From contig NC_043004.1 of NCBI RefSeq assembly GCF_006345805.1, forward strand, positions 26,660,001-26,724,000: DNA of 64,000 nucleotides, given 5' to 3'. The notes under the pieces were generated by a model. The model made no database searches, was not told the DNA's origin, and saw nothing but the letters and a program-made list of their open reading frames with translations. This DNA comes from Octopus sinensis. Its lineage: Eukaryota. The translations under genes and the position numbers were made by a program. Positions 40,485-51,800 of this stretch are shown here, one piece after another (the first letter of the stretch is position 1; each line of letters starts with the position of its first letter).

Positions 40485-40978
40485 TAATAATATCACTAAT
40501 AATATCACTGATAATATCACTAATAATATCACTAATAATATCACTCATAATAACACTAATAATATCACTAATAATATCACTCATAATATCACTCATAATA
40601 ACACTAATAATATCACTAATAATATCACTCATAATATCACTCATGATATCACTAATAATATCACTTATAATATCACTAATAATATCACTAATAATATCAC
40701 TAATAATATCACTCATAATATCACTCATAATATCACTAATAATATCACTAATAATATCACTCATAATATCACTAATAATATCACTCATAATATCACTAAT
40801 AATATCACTCATAATATCACTAATAATATCACTAATAATATCACTCATAATATCACTAATAATATCACTAATAATATCACTAATAATATCACTAATAATA
40901 TCACTCATAATATCACTAATAATATCACTCATAATATCACTCATAATATCACTAATAATATCACTAATAATATCACTA
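40481..40978. repeat. 12-bp minisatellite TCACT(A/C)ATAATA, about 41 copies
   Basis: Direct reading; source of the SLII and ISDI ORFs. Confidence 0.97.
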
Positions 40979-41607
40979 TTGTTTTCAAAACAAACTCCAG
41001 AAAGTTTTAATCATAAATCATAGATCTTATCCAAATATACAAGATGTGGTGACAGCTACGGATGATTGTCATCATGGCTGTGGGATTAGATAGTTGGTTT
41101 TGTAACCATATGGCTCTGAGTTTGAACAAAGATTGCAGCAGCTTCGGATAGTGTCTCCTACCAGAGTTTCGGGTTGATCAATGCTTTTGAAGGGGAATTT
41201 GTTTGAAAGAAACTGAATAGAGAAACATTGCATGCACACACAGACACAGACAGACAAATACACACACATTATGTAATGATGTGTATAGAATTATATGTAT
41301 ACAAATGTAGAACAAAGCTAACTGTAATATTTTGCTCAGAGAAACTTCACTCAATATGCTTTGTACGTTAAAAACACAGCTCACTTGGAGTAAAATCAAC
41401 AGACTGTTAGTTTCATTTAGCCTCTGCAGTGATGAACTAAATTGGGCTTTCATTCCAGTGAAGAAGCCATCGTTCCAGTGTAGAAACCATCAAACAAAAC
41501 ACTCGCTTATTCGTATGGAAGATGGACAGGCTTAAATCAGTATCAGTGTGAGTACTTCTATTGAAACACCATTAAATTAAAATACTTTTGTTTATACATT
41601 ACAAATG

Positions 41608-42030
41608 GGATCTTTTCAGTTTGAACGGCAGTTTTTTTCTAGCGGTGTCATATGAAATTGTCACCCATAATTATAACCCTAGAATCGATCTATTGCATTT
41701 CAATCTGTTTTAGGGTTAGGGTTAGGGTTAGGGGTGGGGGAAGGGTAGCTTTTTTTCTTCACAAATGTAAATAAACCCAATCTGTTTCTTAAACGAGGGA
41801 CATATCCATACGGCACAGAATGCTTTTTAACTCAATAGACGTCACTGATTGGCTGAAATTGCAGAAATTGAAGAAAAAAAACAACAAATATCTTACAAAC
41901 TATAGAATTTTCTCAATAAAGCCAAGAGAAAAAGATGTTTTATAAACACATTCTACCAGTATACGAAGTTTAAAATTTTTTAGTTACCTAGAAATTATGT
42001 TAAAAACTGCTGTTCAAACCGAAAAGATCC
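41608..42030. mobile_element. Merlin-like MITE containing (TTAGGG)4
   Basis: Same TIRs as 36433-36844, opposite orientation; 8-bp TSD tacaaatg at 41600-41607 and 42031-42038. Confidence 0.92.
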
Positions 42031-42193
42031 TACAAATGTTATACACATTGTTCTTTTAGTCTCTCTCTCACTCTCTCTTTCTCTATCTAACTATCTATCT
42101 ATCTATCTATCTATCTATCACTATATATATATACACACACATATATAATTGTATACATACATACATACATACATGCATACATGCATACATACA

Positions 42194-42225
<32 letters not shown>

Positions 42226-42519
42226 CATACATACATACATACATACATACATACAAATATATATAATACATTAAAAGTCAGATTGAATCTTGCTTACAAT
42301 GTTACCCAACCAAACTGGTGCATAATGGGAAAATACTATGACTTAAGTCACCTCTGTAAATGTAAATACGATGCGATGTTGGCAAATTAACAAATTTGCA
42401 ATTCTATACCTCGGTGATTTATTGATTAAAAGTGAATCTTGGGATCAGCTTATCGAACATGTAAAGATAATTCAGTTAAGCAAGAGGATGGAGCTACTGT
42501 TTATGATGTTTAACATTTC

Positions 42520-43162
42520 AATAGAAGATCCATTTTTCATCACCAGTCACAAGTCTATCCAAAAAGGGTGAAATGAGTTCACGAGAATGTAGAGAAGAGC
42601 AGATGTCAACTCGGGATCTGAGGTTGCTTTCGGACAATTCATGAGCCACCCATTTTCCAAGTTGTTGAAGATGACGATGAACAGTTGTATGGTTTGAACT
42701 AAGCTTTATTGCCAATTCTTCAACTGATAATGCAGGATTTTCTTCAAGTAATACCTCAAGGAGCTTATCATCAAACTCAACTGGACATTCTGTTTAATCT
42801 TCATCTTCAAGTCTGAAATTTCCACTTCTGAATGTTGCAAACCATCTTCTGCAAGTTCTTTCATTCAAGCATTCTTTTCCATAAACTGAGAGTGTGTTTC
42901 GAGTCACTTAGGCTGCAGAGTTTCCTTTTTTGTACTCATAAAGCATTATGTGCTTTAAATGATCTTTGGATACTTCCATGTTAGAAAGGGTTTTAATCAA
43001 AGAAATTTTAATTCTATTATTTTGTAAAATAATATCTAATTAGTTTAAATGTATACAAATGCATAAAAATAAATTTTAATTCCATTAGACATTCTAAAAT
43101 ACTATTAAATTTCATTCAATTTTAAAGAAGGTAAAATCAGACAGAACTTATGGAATGACTTG

Positions 43163-43166
<4 letters not shown>
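42520..43166 (-). mobile_element. Decayed mariner transposon, 5' half
   Basis: LGKWVAHELSESN..RVDICSSL...FLDRLVTGDEKWIFY; probable TIR tatcaagtcattccataagttctg next to (TA)n. Confidence 0.88.
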
Positions 43167-43186
<20 letters not shown>

Positions 43187-43193
<7 letters not shown>

Positions 43194-43338
43194 TTTAGAG
43201 GACTGACCTCTAAAAGTGGACAGCCTATATGCTAAACATAGACGTCAAATCGCCATTACCACAAAGAATGACGATTTGACGTCTGTGTTTAGCATACAGG
43301 CTGTCCACTTTTAGTGGTCAGTCGTCTAAATTTTGTAT
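43187..43338. repeat. Fold-back with arms of about 70 bp and a 9-nt loop
   Basis: 43187-43257 vs 43267-43338; homologous to the tail of the HHR element at 5170-5285. Confidence 0.9.
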
Positions 43339-43429
43339 GTAAAACAATTTTTAATCTTTGGATTTTTTAAAATATGCTAAGCCACTGGTTTTAATCGATT
43401 AATATCTATTTCTACCCTTATTTAATTTT

Positions 43430-43471
<42 letters not shown>

Positions 43472-44004
43472 GTAAGATCCTCAGATCTAAGTGTAGCCTG
43501 AATTTTACCTATTTCACTTTATTAATCTGGATAATTCAAATTCAATGTTTTCTTGAAACAATTAATTTCTATAGAGATTAGCATTTAAATTCCAATCTTT
43601 GAAGAGTTTTCATTCTACAACATTCTTAAACGAACGAAAAATTATCCAGCAACTCAGGCTAATACGAACAAGTCTTGTAGCTGTAAAAGACTAACTAATA
43701 TCTCTTGTCAAGAGTGCAGTTGACATGCACTCACGCACCATCTTACATGCACTATAAATTATTTCCATTCCATTTTCTTCAAATTTTAATTTCTGCCTTT
43801 AAGTAGCAATCAAGCTCTGATAGTTTTGCAATGTGTTTTAGTTTCAATATTGAAATTAAACAATTACAATCTGCAATATAATAAATCCAACAAACTGACA
43901 TTGATAACAGCGATAATCTGTTTGAATTATGGAAAATATTTTCTTGCTCATACTATTTTTATTTTCTTGCCTTTTATATCATTGTCATCATCGTTATTGT
44001 TGGC

Positions 44005-44590
44005 CCCCTCCTCCTCTCCTCCTCTTCCTCCTCTTCCTCCTCCTCCTCCTCCTCTCCTCCTCTTCCTCCTCATATTCCCCCTCCTCTTCCCCCTCCTCTT
44101 CCCCCTTCCTCCTCCTCTTCCCCCTTCCTCCTCATCACCCTCTTCCTCCTCCCCATCCTCCCCTCCCCTCCCCTCCTCCTCCTCCTCCTCATCATCATCA
44201 CCCCCTTCCTCCTCCTCCTCCTCCTCATCATCACCCCCTTCCTCCTCCTCCTCATCATTATCATCACCCCCTTCCTCCTCCTCATCATCATCATCACCCC
44301 CTTCCTCCTCCTCCTCCTCATCATCATCACCCCCTTCCTCCTCCTCCTCTTCCTCATCATCATCACCCCCTTCCTCCTCCTCTCTCCTCATCATCATCCC
44401 CCCTTCCTCCTCCTCCTCATCATCATCACCCCCTTCCTCCTCCTCCTCATCATCATCATCACCCCCTTCCTCCTCCTCCTCCTCTTCCTCATCATCATCA
44501 TCATCATCATCATCCCCTTCCTCCTCCTCCTCCTCCTCATCATCATCATCATCACCCCTCTTCCACCTCCGCCTCATCATCACCATCAGC
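44005..44590. repeat. Higher-order (CCT)n(CAT)n CCCCTT minisatellite
   Basis: Direct reading; pyrimidine-rich plus strand, almost devoid of G. Confidence 0.93.
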
Positions 44591-44862
44591 ACCATTCAGT
44601 AATTTTATTTTTATTATGTGCTTTCACTGCGCTGCTAAGTGAAGATCTTAGTGTTTTGGGTATGTGCTGTGGTTTATTTACGTATTGTTATTTTTACTGT
44701 ATTGAAAGAGCTCTATGTAAGATGTGTGTGGTACCTAGCAGTGTTACTTTTGGTCTTCTATAATATATATTATATATTCATAAGTTTTCAGGTTTTGGTT
44801 ATGTATGCGTCTGCCTGTTTTTCAGTTATATATTATTATTGTAGTTGTTGCTTTTATGAATA

Positions 44863-44917
44863 TTCTTCTTCTTCTTCTTCTTCTTCTTCTTCTTCTTCTT
44901 CTTCTTCTCTTCTTCTT

Positions 44918-44948
<31 letters not shown>

Positions 44949-44983
44949 TTATTATTATTATTATTATTATATTATTATTATTA
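44863..44983. repeat. (TTC)n(TTA)n microsatellite
   Basis: Direct reading. Confidence 0.95.
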
Positions 44984-46313
44984 CTTTTTTTTTCTTCTTT
45001 CAAATTTGCTTCCATTTCTTGCCGAGTGTCTTCCCGACTCCTAGGGCAAAGAAACTCATAGTATACATTGGTAGGCCATTAAACCAAACTCAGAAGTTCG
45101 TTCATTTTTTTTTTTTTTTTTTAAAGTTAAATTAACATACATGAGCAGCAACAGTTCTCACATCGACAATGCTCTTCTCAATACGTGTGATGTACCAGTT
45201 AAGACAATCTTTTGCACTTCTTGCAGGGATGGTAAGCCAGGGATCATTCTCATATAATTTTCGGTTCCCTTCTTGATCATTCCTAGTGCTCCTACGATCA
45301 CTGGTATTGTAACCGCCTTGAGATGCCACATTTTCTCAATTTCAATGAGTAGGTCTTTATATTTTCTGAGCTTGTCAAACTCTTTCGCTGAGATATTATG
45401 ATCACAGGGGATGCTCATGTCGATCAATAAGCAAACTTTATTGTTTTGGTCTTTCACAACAATATCTGGTTTATTGGCCTTGATGGTTCGGTCTGTATGT
45501 ACTGGAAAGTCCCACAGAATGGTTACATTTTCTCCTTCAGTTACAGCCTCAGGGTGGTGATTATACCACTTGTCGGCAGTTTTGATATTGTAATGCCGAC
45601 TTATTAGCCAGTGGAGATATTGGCCAACTCTGTCATGTCTTAATTTATACTCCACTGGTGCTAAGACTTTACATCCAGAGATTAGGTGGTCCACTGTTTC
45701 AATCATGTCGTTGCAGAATCGGCATTTTGGGTCTGCTCCATTTTTCATCACATTGGCCTGGTAGTTCCGGGTTAATAGGCTTTGATCTTGAGCAGCCAGG
45801 ATGAAACCTTCGCTCTCTGCTTTTAGCCCTGAGCTCCGTAGCCACTGATGGGTTTGCTTCTGGTCAACATCAGCTTGTTTGCTGCGGGTCACATATTTGC
45901 ATTGCAGAGGTTTCTCCTCCCACCTATCAGCCAATTGCTCGTGCGCTTTCTTCATTGCCATCATTTTCACCTTCTTTGCAACAATAGTTGCCGTACTTCC
46001 CTCGGGTTGTTCAGTTTGGGTATCCTGCACGAGATCAATAGCAAATTTTTTGCTTTCCTTTATGATAGAATGAAGCTTCTTTCGTCTCTCGTGATTTTCC
46101 ACGAGCTTTAGCATCCAGTCAATCGATATTTCGAGATATTTGGCCAGTCCAATTGTGGTTGTTTTGTAAGCTAGTTCAAATTGGATCAGGCCTCGACCTC
46201 CTTGGGCTCTGGGAAGGTAAAGGCGATCTACGTCTGCCTTTGGGTGGTGCATCCTATTACAACTCAGCAGCTTGCGTATTTTTCTATCTATATTCTTTAC
46301 TTCACCCATATTA
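44984..46313 (-). mobile_element. 5'-truncated R4/Dong-type non-LTR retrotransposon inserted in (TAA)n
   Basis: (TAA)n at both junctions; ORF plus a 3' UTR of about 170 nt. Confidence 0.9.
45158..46310 (-). CDS. C-terminal part of the R4/Dong protein: RT thumb, CCHC knuckle and restriction-like endonuclease
   Basis: RLYLPRAQGGRGL, AAQDQ, CRFC..ETVDHLISGC, RHD, ILWD, KPDIVV..LIDMSIP, K..KY; about 384 codons without a stop. Confidence 0.92.
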
Positions 46314-46365
<52 letters not shown>

Positions 46366-46366
46366 C

Positions 46367-46575
46367 AAGGTATTGAGCAGGCAGAAGCATTAGCACCCTG
46401 GATGAAATGCTTAGCGGTATTTCGCCTGTTATGTTCTGAGTTCAAATTCCAGCGAAGTAGACTTTGCCTTTCATCCTTTAGGGGTCACTGAATTAAGTAA
46501 GTGAAACACTGGGGCTGATGTAATTGACAAGTCCATTTTCCCCAAATTTCAGGCCTTATGACTTTAGTAGAAAGG

Positions 46576-46577
<2 letters not shown>
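46367..46577 (+). mobile_element. SINE family B between two (TAA)n tracts
   Basis: Family B head and core. Confidence 0.85.
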
Positions 46578-46638
<61 letters not shown>

Positions 46639-46641
<3 letters not shown>

Positions 46642-47190
46642 CTACAGCATCACCTACTATACATCTGGTCTTTTCTAAGGATGTGGATTGTACTTTTCAG
46701 CACAATCTTTTGAATTTCTCTGAGACATGGTTCTCCTGGGATGTTACCTCAATGTGTCTGACATCCCCTTTTTATCATACATAGGACACCTACAATAACA
46801 GGAACAGTTCTCACTTTAAGATACCACATCTTTTGCTTTTCAATTTCCAGGTCCTTACATTTACTTAACTTGTCAAATTCCTTTACAGATATATTTTTAT
46901 CAGTAGGAACATTTAACATTTTCTTCCCTGTCTTTAATGACTATATCTGGTCATTTATCCTGGATCATTCTGTCGGTGTTGACTTGAAAATTCCAGAGGA
47001 TAGTGACATTTTTACCTTCAAAAAGTGGCTGAGGATGATATTCATACTAGTAAGCTGTAAACAGGTTTTGTAGTGTTTACATATTTTCCAATGTAAATAC
47101 TATCCTACCCTATCATGACGATTTTTGCATTAATTTGGTGTTAGCACAGGACATCCCAAGACGAGATTGTCTGTTGTTGGGGGTTACATG
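46639..47190 (-). mobile_element. Older, decayed R4/Dong 3' fragment
   Basis: Homologous to 45158-45720 (ILWNF..TDRM, KEFDKLSK.KDLEIEK.KMWYLKV.TVPVIVG.L, EIQKIVL); abuts (TAA)n. Confidence 0.85.
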
Positions 47191-47221
47191 GATAGATCAA
47201 AACAGTTTGATTCAGAATCCT

Positions 47222-47261
47222 TGGTACTCTGGGTTTCAAGCATGTGGCTAGTCTTCACCCA
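47222..47261 (-). ncRNA. Hammerhead-like motif with GUGAAGA core
   Basis: tgg GTGAAGA ct-agc cacat gct-t GAAA C ccaga G TA cca. Confidence 0.55.
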
Positions 47262-47473
47262 GTGGAGTCTGAATGAAAGTTTAATTAAAGAGAGTCAATG
47301 ATTATTACTGGACATTAGTTTGTGATTGGTCAAGAAAGGTCACACAATATTGATGTATTTCAGTGACAGCAGTTAGAGGGAAAATTCTGCGTGATGAAGA
47401 GGAAATCGACCGTGTAGTGGTATATTCTGTTGAATGCTTAGCCATAAATAGAACTGAAATCAGTAAAAAGTTT

Positions 47474-47843
47474 TATATAAAAATTATAAATATTATTGGG
47501 ATCAATAGTGTTATTTTCCAGCTAAATAAAGCACGATAAAGGTAAAATTACAAATATAAAATAGTGGTGCAACAAAGCACTAATGTTTGCTGGAAGTAGC
47601 AGTCGATAACAGTATGGCGCTATGTAATGCTTCACTGAATATATACTGGCAAAACTTTTTATAATCATTACCTGCACACATCTTTGCCAGTATATATTCA
47701 GTGAAGCTTTATCAACTGCTATTTCCAGCAAACATTGGTGCCTTGTTGCACCACTATTTTATATTTCTAACTCTACCTTTACTGTGCTTTATTTAGTTGG
47801 AAAATAATACTATTGTATCCCAATAATATTTATAATTTATATA
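47474..47843. repeat. Imperfect fold-back with arms of about 160-180 bp
   Basis: 47474-47653 vs 47683-47843; one indel of about 18 nt. Confidence 0.9.
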
Positions 47844-47852
47844 TATATATAT

Positions 47853-48238
47853 AGGCTGTGTGGCTGTGAGCTTGCTTACCAAACACATGGTTCCGGGTTC
47901 AGTCCCACTGTGTGGCACCTTGGGCAAGTGTCTTCTACTATAACCTCAGGCTGACCAAAGCCTTGTGAGTGGATTTGGTAGACAGAGACTGAAAGAAGCC
48001 TGTTGTATATATATGTATGTGTATATGTTTGTGTGTCTGTGTTTGTCCCACCAGCATCGCTTGACAACTGATGCTGGTGTGTTTACATCCCCATAACTTA
48101 GTGGTTCAGTAAAAGAGACCAATAGAATAAGTACTAGGCTTATAAAGAATAAGTCCTGGGGTCGATTTGCTTGACTAAAGGCAGTGCTCTAGCATGGCCA
48201 CAGTCAAATGACTGAAACAAGTAAAATAGTAAAAGAGA
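47853..48238 (+). mobile_element. Near full-length SINE family A
   Basis: Matches the other family A copies. Confidence 0.9.
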
Positions 48239-48619
48239 TATCTGTTAAAATGAGATGTCAGTATTATTTTCATTTTTGTGTAATTTAGATAACAATTCAT
48301 TCACCACACCCTTTATATATATATATATATATATAATTTCAACAATTGAGGGTAAAATAATTAATTATTAATCAATTTCACCAAGTATTCAGTATGTAAA
48401 GGGACCATTATAGGCGAATTCAAAATATTACATTATATATAAGGGCTTAGTAAAATAAATTACTTTGCCACATACTGAACTCATTAGAAATAGCAGCTAA
48501 AGAAATTTCTTCAGCTATTTCTAATACTTAAAGAAGATCTCCCTCAGATAGTGTTTGCCTAAACTAACTCACAAAAGTATGGGGGAAAAAACATTAAAAA
48601 ATCAAGTGCAAAGGTTATT

Positions 48620-48671
48620 TGAGAATGTACGTTTCTAGATTAGTCAATTCGACATTTCTTTCTTCAGCTCA
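48620..48671 (-). ncRNA. Hammerhead ribozyme, left-arm copy with one stem III substitution
   Basis: tgag CTGAAGA...GAAA C gtac A TT ctca. Confidence 0.85.
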
Positions 48672-49331
48672 GAATTCCTTGAATCGGATTTGGGAACACT
48701 GAAAGTCGGGAGCATACCCTTTCGGCTTCTAATCACCTCTAGAATTCTGCTCGAACTAAAAGTGCTATCAAATTCGAATATGCAAGCGAAGAATTTCTGC
48801 TCTCCCCTTTCCACCAGCGTGGGTTAAAATTGACAAACACCATGTATTAACGCAGAATTTAGCAGAGAGAGATGAATTATAATTTCAACAATTGAGGGTA
48901 AAATAATTAATTATTAATCAATTTCACCAAGTATTCAGTATGTAAAGGGACCATTATAGGCGAATTCAAAATATTACATATATATAAGGGCTTAGTAAAA
49001 TAAATTACTTTGCCTTATATATAATGTAATATTTTGAATTCGCCTATAATGGTCCCTTTACATACTGAATACTTGGTGAAATTGATTAATAATTAATTAT
49101 TTTACCCTCAATTGTTGAAATTATAATTCATCTCTCTCTGCTAAATTCTGCGTTAATACATGGTGTTTGTCAATTTTAACCCACGCTGGTGGAAAGGGGA
49201 GAGCAGAAATTCTTCGCTTGCATATTCGAATTTGATAGCACTTTTAGTTCGAGCAGAATTCTAGAGGTGATTAGAAGCCGAAAGGGTATGCTCCCGACTT
49301 TCAGTGTTCCCAAATCCGATTCAAGGAATTC

Positions 49332-49383
49332 TGAGCTGAAGAAAGAAATGTCGAATTGACTAATCTAGAAACGTACGTTCTCA
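49332..49383 (+). ncRNA. Type I hammerhead ribozyme with intact core
   Basis: tgag CTGAAGA aagaaat-gtc gaatt gac-taatcta GAAA C gtac G TT ctca; GUU site at 49377-49379. Confidence 0.88.
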
Positions 49384-49566
49384 AATAACCTTTGCACTTG
49401 ATTTTTTAATGTTTTTTCCCCCATACTTTTGTGAGTTAGTTTAGGCAAACACTATCTGAGGGAGATCTTCTTTAAGTATTAGAAATAGCTGAAGAAATTT
49501 CTTTAGCTGCTATTTCTAATGAGTTCAGTATGTGGCAAAGTAATTTATTTTACTAAGCCCTTATAT

Positions 49567-49598
<32 letters not shown>

Positions 49599-49969
49599 GA
49601 TTTGCATGAATGTATGTATTTATTGGTGATCAGTGTATATAGCTGACCAATGTGTTAGAACTTTATGCAATCTGTGTTGTGTCACCAGTTTCCTAGGTGA
49701 TGATATTTGAAAGAATTTTTCACTTTTAACTTTTCAGCAACTCAAACTACTCAAAATGTTTCTTCTTCCTTTTGTATTTCAAACATAACTGTATGTAATA
49801 TTTGTATAAAATGGTGTATTTGAATATTAAATATTTAGTGTTACATGAGCTTTTATAATTTTGGGGTGTGTCTTTCTTACAACTCTTTTATATTTAAACT
49901 TAATGGATCATTAACGATTCCTGTTGCCTGATTTATTTCTTTATTGGTAAACTCATATTTTTCTCAAAT

Positions 49970-50650
49970 ATACTATTATCAGAAACCAGTTGCCACTAGG
50001 TTTCTTCATTTGATGAAATGTTTGTTAAGAAAGAATTCAAAAGACTTTTTGATAATGGTATCATTGAGTCTTCTATCTCGCCATGGTGAGCACAATAGCT
50101 GGTAACCAGAAATAGTGTTAAACAACTCCCATTATCGGCTACTTACAAATGATAAATTGCTGCTGTGTTCTAGATTGATTACTTAATATCAAAGAACTTG
50201 TGCATTTTTTTAAGGAGTTATGGATTGCATAATTATCAATAATGATCTTTAAAGAATTCAGTTCTGTCCTTCACTATCTAATGGTTGGTGGCAAAACTAT
50301 TCAGGAACACAATGGGAATTTAACTATTTCTTTCAGTTACTTAGAAAACAAACATTTTTTGCTGAGCAAATAAAACAGTAAGAAATAATTCCCTGCAATT
50401 TGATTTAGGAAGATTAATCCTAATAGATTTCTAAACTATATGCCTTATATTGGGGACAAAGTTTAACATTTTCCTTGCTCTTTTATAAGTCAATAAAACA
50501 AATATCAGCCCCACATTGGGGTCAATTACACTGCTACTTTTCCTTCAAAGATGGGGTTTGTATCTCAGAATGGGATCACTTTTTGACTTTTCAATGAATT
50601 TGTTCTTGCAGTTAAACCACAATTGGAATAAATATTCATCCAAGACCAAG
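49970..50650 (+). pseudogene. Ty3/gypsy RT relic
   Basis: KPVATR...FVKKEFKRLFDNGIIESSISPW*AQ*LV, later GKTIQEH.GNL. Confidence 0.65.
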
Positions 50651-51464
50651 GTAGAATTTATGGGATTTAATTCTTAAGAGGTGTGTTCATTAATTTTATT
50701 TAACATGATAGATTCAATAATATTCTGATAGATTTTATAACTAACATATATTCTATATATCCTTAATACTGAATAGTTGGCAAAATAGCTGTCGTGATAA
50801 AAAGGTTTCTTGCCAAAATGGGCAGCAAATATAATGAAGCAAAGCAAAGTGTGAAACACTTCGGAAAAGGTGAACAAATAGAAATTGAAGTTGTCAATGT
50901 GTACAGATATGTATTGACTCAAATTCATTATCATACTATAATGCATTCATCTAAATATATTGATTACAGAGAGAAATTGTTTGGGTTGACAGGTATAAGT
51001 CATTAATATTGTTTACAGTTTTCACACTCAAATCTTTGCAATTTTGTGAAACACTGAAGATATATGATAAAATTTAGAATGAGTGCAGGATACTAAGGCA
51101 TCAATAGCTGATCTATATCAAAGATTAATCAATAATTAATGGACCAAATTACAACACAGCTATGCTACTATAATTATTTATTGATAACAGTCCACCTTCT
51201 ATCCACATTTATTTTGATTCAGTTATCTAATTAACTGGAATCTGTAAGTATCTTCTGCATTACTTGAAATATACTTCAGTAAATGGCTAATGCAAATCAT
51301 TACATCTCTGGCTTCCAGTTAAATCAGATGAAATTTCTTTAATTAATTTCAGTTAGCCAGAGCTGAAACATGCCTCAATCTGACCAGAGAAATGAAAGAA
51401 ATTTACATGAGTTGTACTTATTTCTAAAAGCTACTATCTTATCAAAATTAATACTTTACACACA

Positions 51465-51495
<31 letters not shown>

Positions 51496-51539
51496 CACAC
51501 CACACACACACACACACACACAAATATATTTATATATAT

Positions 51540-51800
51540 AATTTTAAATTAATAATAAAAGGCTAAAATTATCAATTAAATTAATTAATCAATCAATTAA
51601 TTAATAATTTTACCAAGTAGATCAGTACGTTAAAATAATCTTTATAGGTAAAATTATACAAATATTTTATAATTATAAACATAATTATAATTAGGGTTCA
51701 GCTAATTGCTTCACCACACACTGACTTTAGAAATAGTAGTTAAAATTCCATTTCTACTACTGTAAGAATCTCCATGACAGTAACACACTTTTTTACATAG
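51540..51800 (-). mobile_element. Diverged relative of the 48.3-kb unit tail
   Basis: aattttaccaagta..cagta.gt.aa..tataggt.aa, ccacacactgac..tagaaatagtag match 48350-48500. Confidence 0.6.

Larger units (their letters stand above)
48332..49569. mobile_element. HHR-containing 546-bp unit: 1.25 tandem copies plus one inverted copy, inside (TA)n
   Basis: Direct repeat 48332-48469 = 48878-49014; inverted arms about 48434-48990 vs 49013-49569, near-identical. Confidence 0.95.

Noticed and set aside
40336-41023. ORFs of about 200 aa on both strands, and a CRISPR-like appearance
   Set aside because: Pure 12-bp tandem repeat with no unique spacers
41710-41733. Telomere or chromosome-fusion scar
   Set aside because: Only four units, internal to a MITE with intact TSDs
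43826-44642. Ser-, Pro/His- and Glu/Asp-rich ORFs
   Set aside because: Triplet-repeat read-through in several frames; no splice or domain evidence
46311-46396. N-terminal poly-Asn extension of the Dong ORF
   Set aside because: This is the flanking (AAT)n target plus SINE sequence, not element-encoded
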